64,000 nucleotides of DNA from an uncultured Alphaproteobacteria bacterium (GCA_963786225.1 CAWAYQ010000024.1:36467-100466), one strand, 5' to 3'; numbered from the stretch's first letter, positions 8,936-20,594 are shown. Notes: a model not told the origin generated them from the letters alone. A program made the numbers and translations.

Positions 8936-11401
8936 ATGCGCCTTCTTCTGCGTTTCCTCGGTTTCCTGTTCGCGACAGCCACGGTTCTCGGCCTGATCGG
9001 CGCCGGGGCCGTTGCCGTGTTCATTTGGCAGCAGGCGCAGGATCTGCCGGACCACGCGACGCTCGAAAAGTACGAGCCGCCGATCATGACGCGGCTCCAC
9101 GCCGTCGACGGGAGCCTCATCGCCGAATACGCCAATGAGCGGCGGCTCTTCCTGCCGATCCAGGCGGTGCCGGTCACCGTCATCCAGGCGTTCATGTCCG
9201 CCGAGGACAAGAACTTCTTCCAGCACGGCGGTATCGATCTGTCCGGTATTGCCCGCGCGGTATGGACCAATGTCGAGAATTTCGGACGCAATGTGCGGCC
9301 ACAGGGCGCCTCGACCATTACCCAGCAGGTCGCCAAGAACTTTCTTCTGACCAACGAGACCACGGTCAACCGCAAGATCAAGGAAGCGCTGCTTGCGGTG
9401 CGTATCGAGCAGACCTTCTCGAAAGAGAAGATCCTCGAACTCTACCTGAACGAGATCTATCTCGGCCTCGGCAATTACGGCATTGCCGCCGCGGCGCTGA
9501 ATTACTTCGACAAGTCGGTGCACGAACTCACCGTTGCCGAGGCGGCCTATCTGGCGGCGTTGCCGAAGGCGCCGAACAATTACAATCCGTTCCGCCAGAC
9601 CGAACGGGCGATCGAGCGGCGCAACTGGGTCATCGACCGCATGGTCGAGAACGGCTTCGTCTCGCGCGAAGACGGCGACAAGGCCAAGGCGTCTCCCCTC
9701 GGGGTCACCGCCCGCGCGTCGAGCGCGCATGTCTATACCGCGCAATATTACGCCGAAGAGGTCCGCCGCGTCCTTTACGAAAAATATGGCGGGAAGGGGC
9801 TTTATGACGGCGGCCTTTCGGTACGCACCGCGCTGAACCCCGAACTTCAAGAAATGGCCAAGAAGGCGTTGGCGGCAGGCTTCGTGAAATTCGACGAGGC
9901 GCGCGGCTGGCGCGGCGCGATGAAGAACATCCCGCTGGGCGAGGATTGGGGCAAGGCGCTGGCCGCCGTGCCGGCCTATGGCGACATTCCCTGGAAACTT
10001 GCCGTCGTGCTGTCGACCGACGGTCCCGGAATATCGATCGGGCTGACGCCGGGGCGCGAAGCCTCCGGAGCGGTGAAGGCCGAACGTGTAACCGCGACGA
10101 TTCCACCCGAAGGCATGAAATGGGCGCGCTGGGCCAGCGGTGCGACCAAGCCGGAAGGCCAGAAGGGCGTGCTTGCCGTGGGCGATGTCGTCTATGTCGA
10201 GCCGTTGAAGGAAAAGGACGGCAAGCAAAAGCCGGGCGAGTTCCGTCTGCGTCAGCCGCCGGAAATCTCCGGCGCGATGTGCGTCATGGATCCGTACACC
10301 GGACGCGTGCTCGCGCTTGTCGGCGGCTTCTCGTACGACCAGAGCGAATTCAACCGCGCGACACAGGCGCTGCGCCAGCCCGGCTCGTCGTTCAAGCCGT
10401 TCATCTATGCCGCCGCGCTCGACAACGGATATACGCCGTCCTCCGTCGTGCTCGACGCGCCCATCGAGGTCGATCAGGGCGCGGGGCAGGAGATGTGGCG
10501 TCCGGAAAACTATACCGGCGAGTTCTTCGGTCCGCAGACCCTGCGCTTCGGCATCGAGAAATCGCGTAACGTCATGACTGTGCGCCTTGCCCAGGATATG
10601 GGCATGCCGATCATCTCCGAATATGCCCGCCGGTTCGGCATTTCCGACGATCTGCCGCCATTCCTGTCCATGGCGCTCGGCGCGGGCGAGACGACGCTTC
10701 TGAAAATGGTCTCGGGCTATTCGATGTTCGCGAACGGCGGCAAGAAAGTGACGCCGTCGTTGATCGATCGCGTGCAGGACCGGTATGGACACACGATCTA
10801 CAAGCACGATGACCGCGAGTGCCAGGGCTGCAAGGCGACCGACTGGCGCGGCCAGCCGCCGCCGACGCTCGTCGATCATCGCGAGCAGGTGCTCGATCCG
10901 CTGACGGCCTACCAGATCACGAGCATGATGGAGGGCGTCGTTCTGCGCGGCACCGCGACCGTTCTGCGCCAGGTCGGCAAGCCGCTCGCCGGCAAGACAG
11001 GCACGACCAACGATTACAAGGATTCGTGGTTCGTCGGGTTCTCGCCCGATCTCGCGGTCGGCGTTTATGTCGGTTACGACAAGCCGAGGCCGATGGGTCG
11101 CGGAACGACGGGTGGCGAGCTCGCGGCGCCCATCGCCGGTGATTTCCTGAAAGAAGCTCTCGCCGACAAGCCGGCCGTGCCGTTCCGCGTGCCGCCGGGC
11201 ATCAAGCTCGTGCGCATCAATCCTGTGACCGGCATGCGTGCCGGACCGGGCGATCAGAAGGTCATCCTTGAAGCCTTCAAACCCGGCACGGCGCCGCCCG
11301 ATAATTATTCAATCATCGGATATGGCGGCGGCGGCCAGCCGGTGGATGTTTCGCCCGACGCGCAGCGGGGTGTGCGCAGCGGCACCGGCGGGTTGTATTG
11401 A
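8936..11401 (+). CDS. mrcA: penicillin-binding protein 1A
   Basis: N-terminal TM, EDKNFFQHGG and GASTITQQVAKN glycosyltransferase motifs, SSFK / SRN / KTG transpeptidase motifs. Confidence 0.95.
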   Translation: MRLLLRFLGFLFATATVLGLIGAGAVAVFIWQQAQDLPDHATLEKYEPPIMTRLHAVDGSLIAEYANERRLFLPIQAVPVTVIQAFMSAEDKNFFQHGGIDLSGIARAVWTNVENFGRNVRPQGASTITQQVAKNFLLTNETTVNRKIKEALLAVRIEQTFSKEKILELYLNEIYLGLGNYGIAAAALNYFDKSVHELTVAEAAYLAALPKAPNNYNPFRQTERAIERRNWVIDRMVENGFVSREDGDKAKASPLGVTARASSAHVYTAQYYAEEVRRVLYEKYGGKGLYDGGLSVRTALNPELQEMAKKALAAGFVKFDEARGWRGAMKNIPLGEDWGKALAAVPAYGDIPWKLAVVLSTDGPGISIGLTPGREASGAVKAERVTATIPPEGMKWARWASGATKPEGQKGVLAVGDVVYVEPLKEKDGKQKPGEFRLRQPPEISGAMCVMDPYTGRVLALVGGFSYDQSEFNRATQALRQPGSSFKPFIYAAALDNGYTPSSVVLDAPIEVDQGAGQEMWRPENYTGEFFGPQTLRFGIEKSRNVMTVRLAQDMGMPIISEYARRFGISDDLPPFLSMALGAGETTLLKMVSGYSMFANGGKKVTPSLIDRVQDRYGHTIYKHDDRECQGCKATDWRGQPPPTLVDHREQVLDPLTAYQITSMMEGVVLRGTATVLRQVGKPLAGKTGTTNDYKDSWFVGFSPDLAVGVYVGYDKPRPMGRGTTGGELAAPIAGDFLKEALADKPAVPFRVPPGIKLVRINPVTGMRAGPGDQKVILEAFKPGTAPPDNYSIIGYGGGGQPVDVSPDAQRGVRSGTGGLY

Positions 11402-11670
11402 TCCGCGGTCTCCGCCTCGCATGCCTTGCGGTTCTTGCGTTCGCGACCGGAGCACTGGCCGACGAACCGGTTTTGTCCCCCCTCAAACCGGCGGCGATGA
11501 GCCCGGCAAGCCTGGAAGACATCATGCGCGCGAACGCGACGTGCGTGGCTTTCACAAACGAGTGCGAAATCTGCAGGCGTACGGATGCCGGGCCGGCATG
11601 CTCGACGCCTGGCCTTGCATGCCAGCCGAAAGAATGGCGCTGCGACCAGCCTAAGGCTAATTCCCAATAG
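11398..11670 (+). CDS. small secreted cysteine-rich protein of unknown function
   Basis: TTG start overlaps PBP1A stop (TTGA); signal peptide ending ALA-D; six Cys in the mature part. Confidence 0.65.
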   Translation: MIRGLRLACLAVLAFATGALADEPVLSPLKPAAMSPASLEDIMRANATCVAFTNECEICRRTDAGPACSTPGLACQPKEWRCDQPKANSQ

Positions 11671-11702
11671 CAATTTCCCGCCGCACGCTGCATCAGGCTC
11701 CT

Positions 11703-12647
11703 ATGACCACCATCGATAGCCCCGCCGTGCCCCGCCTTTGGGTGGGCTATGCGCTTGCGGCGGCCGGTGCATTCCTGTTCGCGACCAAGGCCATCATCAT
11801 CAAGCTCGCCTATGCCGAGGGCGTGGACGCGGAAACGCTTCTGGCCCTGCGGATGGTGATGTCGCTGCCGATCTACATCCTCATCGGTGTTTGGGGCGTC
11901 CTCGCCGACCGCCGGAAAGCCAAGCCTGTCACATTCCGCCCCCGTGCGATCGTCTATGCCGTCCTCGTCGGTCTGCTCGGCTACTGGTTTTCGAGCTACG
12001 CCGACTTCAAGGGGCTGGAATACATCTCCGCGCAGTTCGAACGGCTGATCCTGTTCACCTATCCGCTGTTCGTCGTGCTGTTCGGCGCGGCGTTTTTCGG
12101 CCAGCCGGTACGCCCCAAGGCCCTGCTTGCCTTCATCGTGAGCTATGCCGGACTGGCCATGATCTTCACGCAGGACCTCGCCGCGACCGGGGAGAGTGCC
12201 TTGATCGGGTGCGCCTGGGTCATGGCGGCCGCTCTGGCGTTTGCGCTCTATCAGCTGCTCGCGCGCGAAATCATCGGCGAACTCGGACCGCGTCTCTTCA
12301 CCTGTATCGCGATGAGCGCTGCTTCCGTCGGCGCCATCGGGCAATATCTGCTGTTTCATCCCATCGAGCCGCTGTCGCCCTATGTGCTGTGGCTCGGCGT
12401 CGTCATCGCGATCGGCGCCACGGTGCTGCCCTCGTTTTTCATGAATGCGGCCCTGTCGCGCATTTCGGCGCAGGCCAATGCGACCATCGGGACGCTCAGC
12501 CCCATCGCGACCATCGCTCTCGCGGTGATGGTCCTGGGCGAGCATCTGACGCTGATCGATGTCGCGGGCAGCGCGCTCGTGATCGCCGGCGTCGGCTTCT
12601 TCACCCTTGCAAGCCGGCCGCGCGAGGTTGCGCCCGCGGGCCAGTAG
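11703..12647 (+). CDS. DMT/EamA family transporter
   Basis: About 10 hydrophobic segments in two EamA-like repeats (ERLILFTYP, IGTLSP). Confidence 0.9.
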   Translation: MTTIDSPAVPRLWVGYALAAAGAFLFATKAIIIKLAYAEGVDAETLLALRMVMSLPIYILIGVWGVLADRRKAKPVTFRPRAIVYAVLVGLLGYWFSSYADFKGLEYISAQFERLILFTYPLFVVLFGAAFFGQPVRPKALLAFIVSYAGLAMIFTQDLAATGESALIGCAWVMAAALAFALYQLLAREIIGELGPRLFTCIAMSAASVGAIGQYLLFHPIEPLSPYVLWLGVVIAIGATVLPSFFMNAALSRISAQANATIGTLSPIATIALAVMVLGEHLTLIDVAGSALVIAGVGFFTLASRPREVAPAGQ

Positions 12648-12709
12648 AAGGTTTACAGAGGGCGGTTCGGGCCCTAGTTTCCCGCGACTTTCCAACCAAG
12701 AAGCAATTC

Positions 12710-13841
12710 ATGCGCGCCGAAATCATTTCCCTCGTAGAAGAACTCAAGCAGTCTGTCGGGCTGCTGAGGAGGCATCTTTGACTGGGACACAGCCACAAAT
12801 CGCCTCCGGGAACTGAACGCGCTCTCCGAAGACCCAACTCTCTGGGACGATGCCGACCGCGCGCAGAAACTGATGCGCGAGCGCACCGACCTCGAAACGC
12901 GGATCGAACAGATCCGGCGCATGGAGCGGGAGCTTGCCGACAATATCGAACTGATCGACCTCGGCGAGGCCGAGAAGGATCAGGGTGTGATCGGCGAGGC
13001 CGAAGCCGCGATCAAGGCGCTGACCGCGGAAGCGGCCAAGCAACAGATCGAGACGCTTCTGTCCGGCGAGGCGGACGGGATGGATACCTATCTGGAAGTT
13101 CATTCCGGCGCCGGCGGCACCGAGAGCCAGGACTGGGCCGAGATGCTTCTTCGTATGTATACGAGGTGGGCGGAGCGGCGCGGCTACAAGGTGGAACTCG
13201 TTGGCCGTCAGGAGGGTGAGGGCGCGGGTATCAAGGGCGCGACGATCATCGTCAAGGGCCGCAACGCCTATGGCTGGCTCAAGACCGAGAGCGGCGTGCA
13301 CCGTCTGGTGCGGATTTCGCCTTTCGACTCCAATGCGCGCCGGCAGACAAGCTTTGCCTCGATCGACGTCTATCCGGTCGTCGATGACCGCATCCAAATC
13401 GAGATCGACGAGAGTCAGGTGCGTGTCGACACGATGCGCTCCGGCGGCGCGGGCGGACAGCACGTCAACAAGACGGAATCGGCGGTGCGTCTGACCCATC
13501 TTCCGACCGGCATCGCCGTGGTGTCGGAAGGGGATCGCTCGCAGCACAAGAACCGCGCGACCGCCTGGAACATGCTGCGCGCCAAGCTCTACGAAGCCGA
13601 ACTGAAAAGGCGCGAAGAGAAGGCCATGGCCGAGCAGGCGGCAAAGACCGACATCGGCTGGGGCCACCAGATCCGGTCGTACGTACTCCAGCCGTATCAG
13701 ATGGTGAAGGACCTGCGCACGGGAGTGACCTCGTCGGACCCGGACGAGGTTCTGGACGGCGCGCTCGATCCGTATATGGAAGCGGCTTTGGCTCAACGCG
13801 TCTATGGCGGCGGGCCGGACAGCGTCGAAGACGTGGAGTGA
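12710..13841 (+). CDS. prfB: peptide chain release factor 2 with programmed +1 frameshift
   Basis: ATG 12710 (MRAEIISLVEELKQSVGLLRRHL), then AGGAGG-CAT-CTT-TGA-C shift site at 12767-12782; downstream frame has SPF and GGQ motifs. Confidence 0.96.
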
Positions 13842-13849
13842 TGCACCCT

Positions 13850-14015
13850 CCCTCTCCCCTAAGAGGGAGAGGGTCGACTCGTGGCGAAGCCACGAGCGGG
13901 GTGAGGGGGACGTCTCCGCAATTTTTGAATTTCCGATGAAGGCGCTTTGCGCCGCCCCCTCATCCCGCTCGCGCTCTACCGAGCGCGAGTCGACCTTCTC
14001 CCTCGTTGAGGAGAA
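13850..14015. repeat. boxC-like inverted-pair intergenic element (copy E), no nested module
   Basis: CCCTCTCCC-CTAAGA-GGGAGAGGG-TCGA-hairpin-GGGGTGAGGGGG, about 45 nt spacer, CCCCCTCATCCC-hairpin-TCGA-CCTTCTCCC..GGAGAA. Confidence 0.85.
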
Positions 14016-14021
14016 CGTAGG

Positions 14022-15173
14022 CTAGTCCTCGAGCATCGCGCCTGCCGCGATGAAGCGGCGAGGGTCGAGCGGTGTGTCGCCCATGCGCGTCTCGTAGTGG
14101 AGATGCGGCCCGGTCGAGCGGCCGGTCGTGCCGACGCGGCCGACGGTATCTCCGATCTTGATCTCCTGACCTTCCGACACCGCAATCGAGGACAGATGCG
14201 CATAGCGCGTCGAGAAACCGTGGGCGTGGCGCACCTCGACCATCAGGCCGTAGCCGCCGTTCCAGCCGGCCGAGATGACGTTACCGGCAGCCGTCGCGCG
14301 CGCGGGTGAGCCGGCGGGCATTTCGAGATCGAGGCCGCTGTGGAACGCCATTGTGCCGAGGAAAGGGTCGATCCGGTTGCCGAAACCGCTGGCCTCACGC
14401 GCGCCCGGCGCGGGGTTCCGGACGGGCAGCTGATCGAGGCCGCTGCGCAGGCGCCGGGTTTCGGCCGCGCTTTCCTCGATCTGTTCGAGGTCGCGCGTGG
14501 CGGTGTCGGTGATGCTGAAATTGAGTGGAATGTAGAGACCCCCGAGGCCTGCTTTCGCGGGCTCCGGCGTCAGTCCGATGGATGTATAGACCCGTCTAAG
14601 TTCTTGCCGGTCGCGGTCGAGCTGGGCCTGTAGCGTGGCCATTGTCTCCTTTTGATGATGCTCGATCGCATCGTAACGCGCACTCAGCGCGGAGAGACTC
14701 GGACGTTCAGGGTTGGCGCGCGATTGCCGGAGAGGCTCTTGCGGCGAGCCGAGGCGCAGTTCATCGCCGGTCGCGCTTTCCGGCTGTGCGGAGGGCATCT
14801 GTGCGTTGACCCCGGAAAGGACTTGTTGCCGGCGTTCGACGGTGTCCTGACGGCGAGCCAGGGCGCCGAGCTTGTCGACAAACCCCTCGCGCTCAACGAG
14901 CAATCGGCTGCGGGCCTGTTCGACATCGGCTTTGAGTCGGGCGATCTCGACGCTCGACGCGCGTTCGGCCTCAGTGTGGCGGGCAACGATCTGCATCAGG
15001 AATTCGTCACGAAACAGCGCGTAGGTCGTGGTTGCGCCGGACCAGCCGAGCAAGGCCAAAGTGAGGAGGACGAGGCCTCCCGCCGCAAACGGGTGAAGCT
15101 GAATCCGGACCGGCTGAAGAGGGCGATGGACGACGGCAAACCGTTTCGGCCGGGCATATTGCCAATGGAACAT
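14022..15173 (-). CDS. membrane-anchored M23 family peptidoglycan metallopeptidase with coiled coil
   Basis: TM segment, coiled-coil region, FHSGLD (HxxxD) and STGPHLHYE (HxH) motifs. Confidence 0.9.
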   Translation of the reverse strand: MFHWQYARPKRFAVVHRPLQPVRIQLHPFAAGGLVLLTLALLGWSGATTTYALFRDEFLMQIVARHTEAERASSVEIARLKADVEQARSRLLVEREGFVDKLGALARRQDTVERRQQVLSGVNAQMPSAQPESATGDELRLGSPQEPLRQSRANPERPSLSALSARYDAIEHHQKETMATLQAQLDRDRQELRRVYTSIGLTPEPAKAGLGGLYIPLNFSITDTATRDLEQIEESAAETRRLRSGLDQLPVRNPAPGAREASGFGNRIDPFLGTMAFHSGLDLEMPAGSPARATAAGNVISAGWNGGYGLMVEVRHAHGFSTRYAHLSSIAVSEGQEIKIGDTVGRVGTTGRSTGPHLHYETRMGDTPLDPRRFIAAGAMLED

Positions 15174-15232
15174 CGGCGCTCTCCGCGCCGCCCGGAGAAG
15201 GCGGCTCTCATGCCGCTCCTTGATGGCGTCAT

Positions 15233-15255
15233 ATGGTTAAAATTCGGGTAACCAT
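15233..15255. promoter_or_regulatory. putative CtrA binding site upstream of M23 peptidase
   Basis: ATGG-TTAA-AATTCGG-GTAA-CCAT matches TTAA-N7-TTAA with 1 mismatch, about 60 bp upstream of the start. Confidence 0.6.
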
Positions 15256-15271
15256 GGGGGCCTGTGCCGCT

Positions 15272-15739
15272 CTAAAGCGCCTTTGCCGCTTCCAGAACTT
15301 CGTCGGCATGGCCCGGCACCGTCACCTTGGACCAGATCCGGGCGATCGTGCCCTCGGCGTCGATCAGAACAGTCGTGCGTTCGATGCCCATATATTTGCG
15401 GCCATACATGCTCTTTTCGACCCAAAGGCCGTAGGCTTCGAGCACGGTTCGCGTTTCGTCCGAGACGAGGGGGAAATCGAGAGCATACTTTTTCTTGAAC
15501 TTGTCATGTCGCACGGGCGAATCGGCTGAAAACCCCACGATCTCCGTTCCGGAATTTAGGAATTCATTCCGAAGGCGATTAAAGTCGATGGCTTCAGCCG
15601 TGCAGCCGGGCGTGTCGTCTTTCGGATAGAAATAGAGGACGACCTTCCTGCCTTTCAGCGAGGAAAGCCTGATCCGACCGCCGCCATCCGAGGGAAGGTC
15701 GAAATCCGGAACGGTCGATCCTGTTTCAAGCTTTGTCAC
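15272..15739 (-). CDS. bcp: peroxiredoxin Q / bacterioferritin comigratory protein
   Basis: YFYPKDDTPGCTAEA, YGRKYMGIERTT; GTG start at 15739 after an AAGGA SD. Confidence 0.93.
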   Translation of the reverse strand: MTKLETGSTVPDFDLPSDGGGRIRLSSLKGRKVVLYFYPKDDTPGCTAEAIDFNRLRNEFLNSGTEIVGFSADSPVRHDKFKKKYALDFPLVSDETRTVLEAYGLWVEKSMYGRKYMGIERTTVLIDAEGTIARIWSKVTVPGHADEVLEAAKAL

Positions 15740-15798
15740 ATGCCGTCCTTTCGTCTTATTCGTAGGGCCTGTGATGTGAGTATCCTGAACCATTCCCA

Positions 15799-18700
15799 AT
15801 GACACGCGTGCACCGGAAAAGTGCACGATGTCCGCGGGACAGTAAGCCTGGGGAGGCTATGCCCGATAAGGGGGGGAAGCGCCGTTCCTGGCGCATGCGT
15901 AGCCTTCGCCAGCCGGGCCATCCACATCGGCCGGGGCTGTGGGCGCGCGCCTGGACCTGGTTCCACCATCGCAGCCGCGCTCAGCGCATCGGCATCTATG
16001 CCGGCTTGGGTCTTGCCGGCGCCCTGCTGCTGGTCACGCTTGTCCTGATTTCACCTCTGACCTCCATGTTCGTGACGCCGCGGATCGCCTCGGGGATCGA
16101 AGCTCAACTCGGGCCGGGTTACGGCGTGCACATCGGCAGCAGCCGCGTCGATCTCACAACGAACGGCCTCGATCTCAAGCTCGACGGTTTCGAGATTCGC
16201 GATCCGAGCGGCGTGCGCGTTCTCGGCGTGCCGAGCGCGTCCATCGCGCTCGACGGAAATCTTCTCCTAAGCCAGAAAGTTACGCTGCGCCGCCTGCGCC
16301 TGACCGAGCCGCATCTGACGCTGAGAATCGAATCGACCGGGCAGGTCGCCTTGGCCGGCGCCGAAGGCGGGCCGCCGCTGTTCAGTCTTCCGGCCGCCGA
16401 TGTGCCGCAAGCGGCGCCTGCCGAAATCTTCGGCTTCCTCGCCGCCGCCGAAGCCGTTCTTAAGGAGGGCGGCCAACTTGCCAATTTTGAGCTCGCCGAA
16501 ATTCTGAGCGCCAATATCACGATCGACGACCAGCGGCGCGGCCGTGTCGAACATATCGAACGGGTCGATGTACGCGTCCAGCGCGGCAAGGACGATGCCC
16601 TGACGGCCAGTGCGTCGTCCGCAGGTGAGCGTGAGAGGTGGGCGCTGAGTGCGACGCTTTCGGGCAAAGCCGGAGGTGAGCGCAATTTCGACCTCGGTTT
16701 TGAGAATCTTTCGCTCGGCCGCATCATCTACGAATTGCTGCGTGGAACGAGCCCGGCCGAATTCGGCGGCCAGCTTTTCGGCCACCTTTATGCGCGGCTC
16801 GCGCCGAACGGCGATGTACCCGCGGCCGAAGCGCGGGTCGATGTCGTCGGCTTCAGCGCCGTCGAACGCGACAAGCCCGAGGCGCGTATGGACATCGAAC
16901 GCACTCGCCTTCAACTCTCCTGGAGTGCTCAGGAGCGGCGGCTGCGGATCAATCCGATAGAAGTCTTCGCGCACAATTCACGTTTTGCGCTCACCGGTCA
17001 GGCGCATCCCGTGGACGATGCCGCCGACGGCTGGGCCTTTTCCATCACCGGAACCGAACAGGCAGTCCCCGGCGCGGACCCGACGACCCATGCCCTGCGC
17101 TTCGACCGGATTGAGGCGAGCGGCAAGCTTGAGCGCACGGCCCGGCGCCTGACCTTCGACAAGGCCTCCGTCCAGGGACGTTCGCTGTCGGTTGCGGGCT
17201 ATGGCACCTTCGATTTCAGCGGAGAACGGCCGTTGGGCGATTTCGCGATCGCAGGCTCGCGCTCGCCGGTCGCCGCGGTCCTGCGTGTCTGGCCGGGCCT
17301 CATCGCTTCCGGCACGCGCAACTGGGTGCGGAAGAACGTGCCGACCGCGATGGTGGAAGACATGTCGATCGCAATGCGCGGGCCGATCGGCGGCAAGATG
17401 CTGCAGCGTGAAATCGCGCTCGATGCGCATTTCACCGGCGCTACCATCAACTATCTCGACGATGTTCCTCCCGCGGTCGGCGTTCACGGCTATGTCAGCA
17501 TAGTCAACGAGCGAATGGAGACGGTCATCAATGGCGGCCGTGTCGAGCTTGGCGCGGTGGAGCCGCTGTCGATCGCCGGAACTCGTTTTTCGACACTGGA
17601 CCACCGGTTTAATCCATTCCTGGGAAATTTGGCGGCCAAGATCGAGGGCCCTGTCGCGGCCGTTGGTACGCTGATGTCCGTACCGCGCCTCGCGAAGATG
17701 GCGCCCGGCGTCGCGCCGCTGATGCGAGGTAACGGGACGGTTTCCATCCTGCTGACCCTGGCGGGCCAATACGGCAAGGACGCCGACATGTCGAAGCTCG
17801 TGCCACGGATAGATGCGAGCCTCACCGGCTGGTCGATGCAAAAGGCGATCGGTACACGTGACATCGACAACGGCAATTTCACGCTCAAGGTCGAACCGGA
17901 GACGGCCAATCTGCGCGGCGAGGTTCGTCTGTCCGGCGCGCCGTTGGCCGTCGAGGCAATCCTGAACCGCACGGCGGATAACAAGTTTGCGGACACCGTG
18001 GTTCGTTTCTCGCTCGACCCTTCGAAGATGAAGGATTTCGACAGCGAGGCGCTGAGGATCGCGGGCCCAGTCTCGGCCGAACTGGTGCAGGACGCGCCGG
18101 GTGTGCTGACGAATTCACGGATGCGCGCCGACCTGACCGGCGCGGCGGTGGAGGGACCGGTCGGTCTCGCCAAGGCCGGCGGCCAGCCGGGGCAGGTGAG
18201 CTTCACCATCCAGCCGCACGGCGACAATTGGCGGCTGGATGAGTTCGTGGCGCAGGGCACCGGAATCGATATCCGCGGTACGGTCGATCTCGCCAAGTCG
18301 GGGGGACTTGCCGGCGCTTCGTTTACGCGTTTCCGCGCGAGCGAAGGCGACGACGCGAAACTCGACGTGACGAAAACCGGAAACTCCTACAAGATCGTTA
18401 TGGGCGGTGCTTCGTTCAACGTGCAGCCGGTGCTGAAGGACATCTTGTCGGGCGAACCGGAAAAGCGCGCCCTCGACATTGACGTCGAAGCGAAGCTCGG
18501 CACCGTTCGCGGCCAGAACGGTGAAGTGTTGACCGGAGCCGATTTCAAGATCAGCCGGCGCAACAATGCGACAAGGAGCTTCTATATCACGGGGCAACTC
18601 GGCGGCGGCGCCGTCGAAGGGCGGACGGTCGGCGATGAGCCGCGTCGCGTTCATAGTCTGCGGGCGGCAGATGCCGGAGCGGCGTTGCGCTTCGTCGATC

Positions 18701-19275
18701 TGTATCGTCGCATGCGCGGCGGCGTCATTACGCTCGATGTCGTACCCGGCGAGACCAGCAGCGGCAATGTCCGGGTGCAGAACTTCCAGGTGGTCGACGA
18801 TCAGCAACTGGCCATGGTCGCAAACACCCGCCCGGGTGAAAAGCGTGCGCCGACGTCCGGAACGATGACGTTCACGCGCATGGATTCGAAATTCCGCCTT
18901 GGCGGCGGCCGTGTGATGATCGACGACTTCGAAGTGTATGGCAACGAACTCGGAGCGACGCTCGGCGGCGAGATCAACTACATGCAGAACAAGGTTGGTA
19001 TCAGCGGTACGTTCGTCCCGGCCTATGCGCTGAACAATCTGTTCGGAAAGGTGCCGCTGCTCGGGCCTATTCTCGGCGGCGGATCGGATGGCGGGCTTGT
19101 CGGCATCACATTCGCGATCGACGGGCCGTGGACGGCGCCGCAGATGCGCGTGAATCCCTTGTCTGCCGTGGCCCCGGGCTTCCTGCGCAAGATTTTCGAG
19201 TTCCGGAAGCAGAGTCCCAGCGAGGCGGACAGCGCCCGGCAGCCGCAGCGGCCGGCGCTAAATCCCAACAATTAG
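15799..19275 (+). CDS. AsmA-like / YhdP family (DUF3971 + AsmA2) envelope bridge protein; exact start uncertain
   Basis: N-terminal TM, long beta-rich body, C-terminal [20 protein letters not shown]...[18 protein letters not shown] signature. Confidence 0.85.
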   Translation: MTRVHRKSARCPRDSKPGEAMPDKGGKRRSWRMRSLRQPGHPHRPGLWARAWTWFHHRSRAQRIGIYAGLGLAGALLLVTLVLISPLTSMFVTPRIASGIEAQLGPGYGVHIGSSRVDLTTNGLDLKLDGFEIRDPSGVRVLGVPSASIALDGNLLLSQKVTLRRLRLTEPHLTLRIESTGQVALAGAEGGPPLFSLPAADVPQAAPAEIFGFLAAAEAVLKEGGQLANFELAEILSANITIDDQRRGRVEHIERVDVRVQRGKDDALTASASSAGERERWALSATLSGKAGGERNFDLGFENLSLGRIIYELLRGTSPAEFGGQLFGHLYARLAPNGDVPAAEARVDVVGFSAVERDKPEARMDIERTRLQLSWSAQERRLRINPIEVFAHNSRFALTGQAHPVDDAADGWAFSITGTEQAVPGADPTTHALRFDRIEASGKLERTARRLTFDKASVQGRSLSVAGYGTFDFSGERPLGDFAIAGSRSPVAAVLRVWPGLIASGTRNWVRKNVPTAMVEDMSIAMRGPIGGKMLQREIALDAHFTGATINYLDDVPPAVGVHGYVSIVNERMETVINGGRVELGAVEPLSIAGTRFSTLDHRFNPFLGNLAAKIEGPVAAVGTLMSVPRLAKMAPGVAPLMRGNGTVSILLTLAGQYGKDADMSKLVPRIDASLTGWSMQKAIGTRDIDNGNFTLKVEPETANLRGEVRLSGAPLAVEAILNRTADNKFADTVVRFSLDPSKMKDFDSEALRIAGPVSAELVQDAPGVLTNSRMRADLTGAAVEGPVGLAKAGGQPGQVSFTIQPHGDNWRLDEFVAQGTGIDIRGTVDLAKSGGLAGASFTRFRASEGDDAKLDVTKTGNSYKIVMGGASFNVQPVLKDILSGEPEKRALDIDVEAKLGTVRGQNGEVLTGADFKISRRNNATRSFYITGQLGGGAVEGRTVGDEPRRVHSLRAADAGAALRFVDLYRRMRGGVITLDVVPGETSSGNVRVQNFQVVDDQQLAMVANTRPGEKRAPTSGTMTFTRMDSKFRLGGGRVMIDDFEVYGNELGATLGGEINYMQNKVGISGTFVPAYALNNLFGKVPLLGPILGGGSDGGLVGITFAIDGPWTAPQMRVNPLSAVAPGFLRKIFEFRKQSPSEADSARQPQRPALNPNN

Positions 19276-20528
19276 GCGTTCGGCTTCAGCAGAACGTGCC
19301 GTTTCCGGCCGAGCGAGAGCTTGATGACGCCTTCGGGTGTGAGATCCTCAGCCTTGAGCACCGCGCGGTCGTCCGTTACCGCCGCATCGTTTACCTTGAG
19401 ACCGCCGCCCTTGACCTGACGGCGCGCATCGCTGGTGGAAGCGACGAGGCCGGCCGTAACGAACGCCGTCAATACCCCGATGCCCGCGCTGAGCTCGGCG
19501 GCGGAAATTGCGACCGTCGGGAGGTTTTCCGCAAGCGCACCTTCCTCGAAGGTGCGGCGCGCGGTTTCGGCGGCGGTGTCCGCCGCCGCGCGTCCGCGCA
19601 CAAGGGCGGTAACTTCGGTCGCGAGGCGCTTTTTCGCTTCGTTGATGCCCGGGCCTCCATCGCTGGTGAGCGCCTGGATTTCGGGGACCGGGATGTCGGT
19701 GAAGAGCTTGAGGAACCTCTCGACGTCGTCGTCCTCGACGTTCCGCCAATATTGCCAGAAGTCGTAGGCCGACAGCATGTCCTCGTTGAGCCAGACCGCG
19801 CCCTGCGCGGTCTTGCCCATCTTGGCGCCGGAAGCCGTGGTCAGCAGCGGACAGGTCAGTCCGTACAATTCGGCGCCCGCAACGCGGCGGCCGAGATCGA
19901 TGCCGTTGACGATGTTGCCCCATTGATCGGAGCCGCCCATCTGCAACCGGACGCCACGTGTCTTCGCAAGCTCGGCAAAATCGTAGGCCTGCAGGATCAT
20001 GTAGTTGAATTCAAGAAACGACAGCGGCTGGTCTCGGTCGAGTCGCATCTTGACCGAGTCGAAAGTCAGCATGCGGTTGACCGAGAAATGACGGCCGATG
20101 TCGCGCAGGAACGGGATGTATTTCAACTCGTCGAGCCATTCCGCGTTGTTGACCATCACGGCGTCGGTCGGCCCGTCGCCGAAGGTCAGGAAATTTTCGA
20201 ACACGCGTTTGATCGAGCCGATATTCGCCGCAATGGTCTCGTCGGTCAGCAACTGGCGCGCATCGTCCTTGCCGGACGGGTCGCCCACTTTGGTGGTGCC
20301 GCCACCCATCAGCACAACCGGTTTGTGCCCCGCCTGCTGCAGGCGGCGCAGCATCATGATGCCCATCATGTGGCCGACATGCAGGCTCGGTCCGGTAGCG
20401 TCGAAGCCGATATAGGCCGTGAAAGGGCCCTCGAGGGCGAGCTTGTCGAGCCCTTCGGCGTCCGAGATCTGATTGATGTAGCCGCGCTCTTCGAGCAGCT
20501 TCAGGAAAGGCGATTTGTAATCGGTCAT
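19272..20528 (-). CDS. tyrS: tyrosine--tRNA ligase
   Basis: [15 protein letters not shown] (HIGH), [16 protein letters not shown] (KMSKS), C-terminal S4 domain. Confidence 0.97.
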   Translation of the reverse strand: MTDYKSPFLKLLEERGYINQISDAEGLDKLALEGPFTAYIGFDATGPSLHVGHMMGIMMLRRLQQAGHKPVVLMGGGTTKVGDPSGKDDARQLLTDETIAANIGSIKRVFENFLTFGDGPTDAVMVNNAEWLDELKYIPFLRDIGRHFSVNRMLTFDSVKMRLDRDQPLSFLEFNYMILQAYDFAELAKTRGVRLQMGGSDQWGNIVNGIDLGRRVAGAELYGLTCPLLTTASGAKMGKTAQGAVWLNEDMLSAYDFWQYWRNVEDDDVERFLKLFTDIPVPEIQALTSDGGPGINEAKKRLATEVTALVRGRAAADTAAETARRTFEEGALAENLPTVAISAAELSAGIGVLTAFVTAGLVASTSDARRQVKGGGLKVNDAAVTDDRAVLKAEDLTPEGVIKLSLGRKRHVLLKPNA

Positions 20529-20594
20529 TGGGGCGATGGTTCTGCTCGCATGCGAAAGGCTGGCTCGTGTAACAGGTTCGGCGGAAGATTTCAC

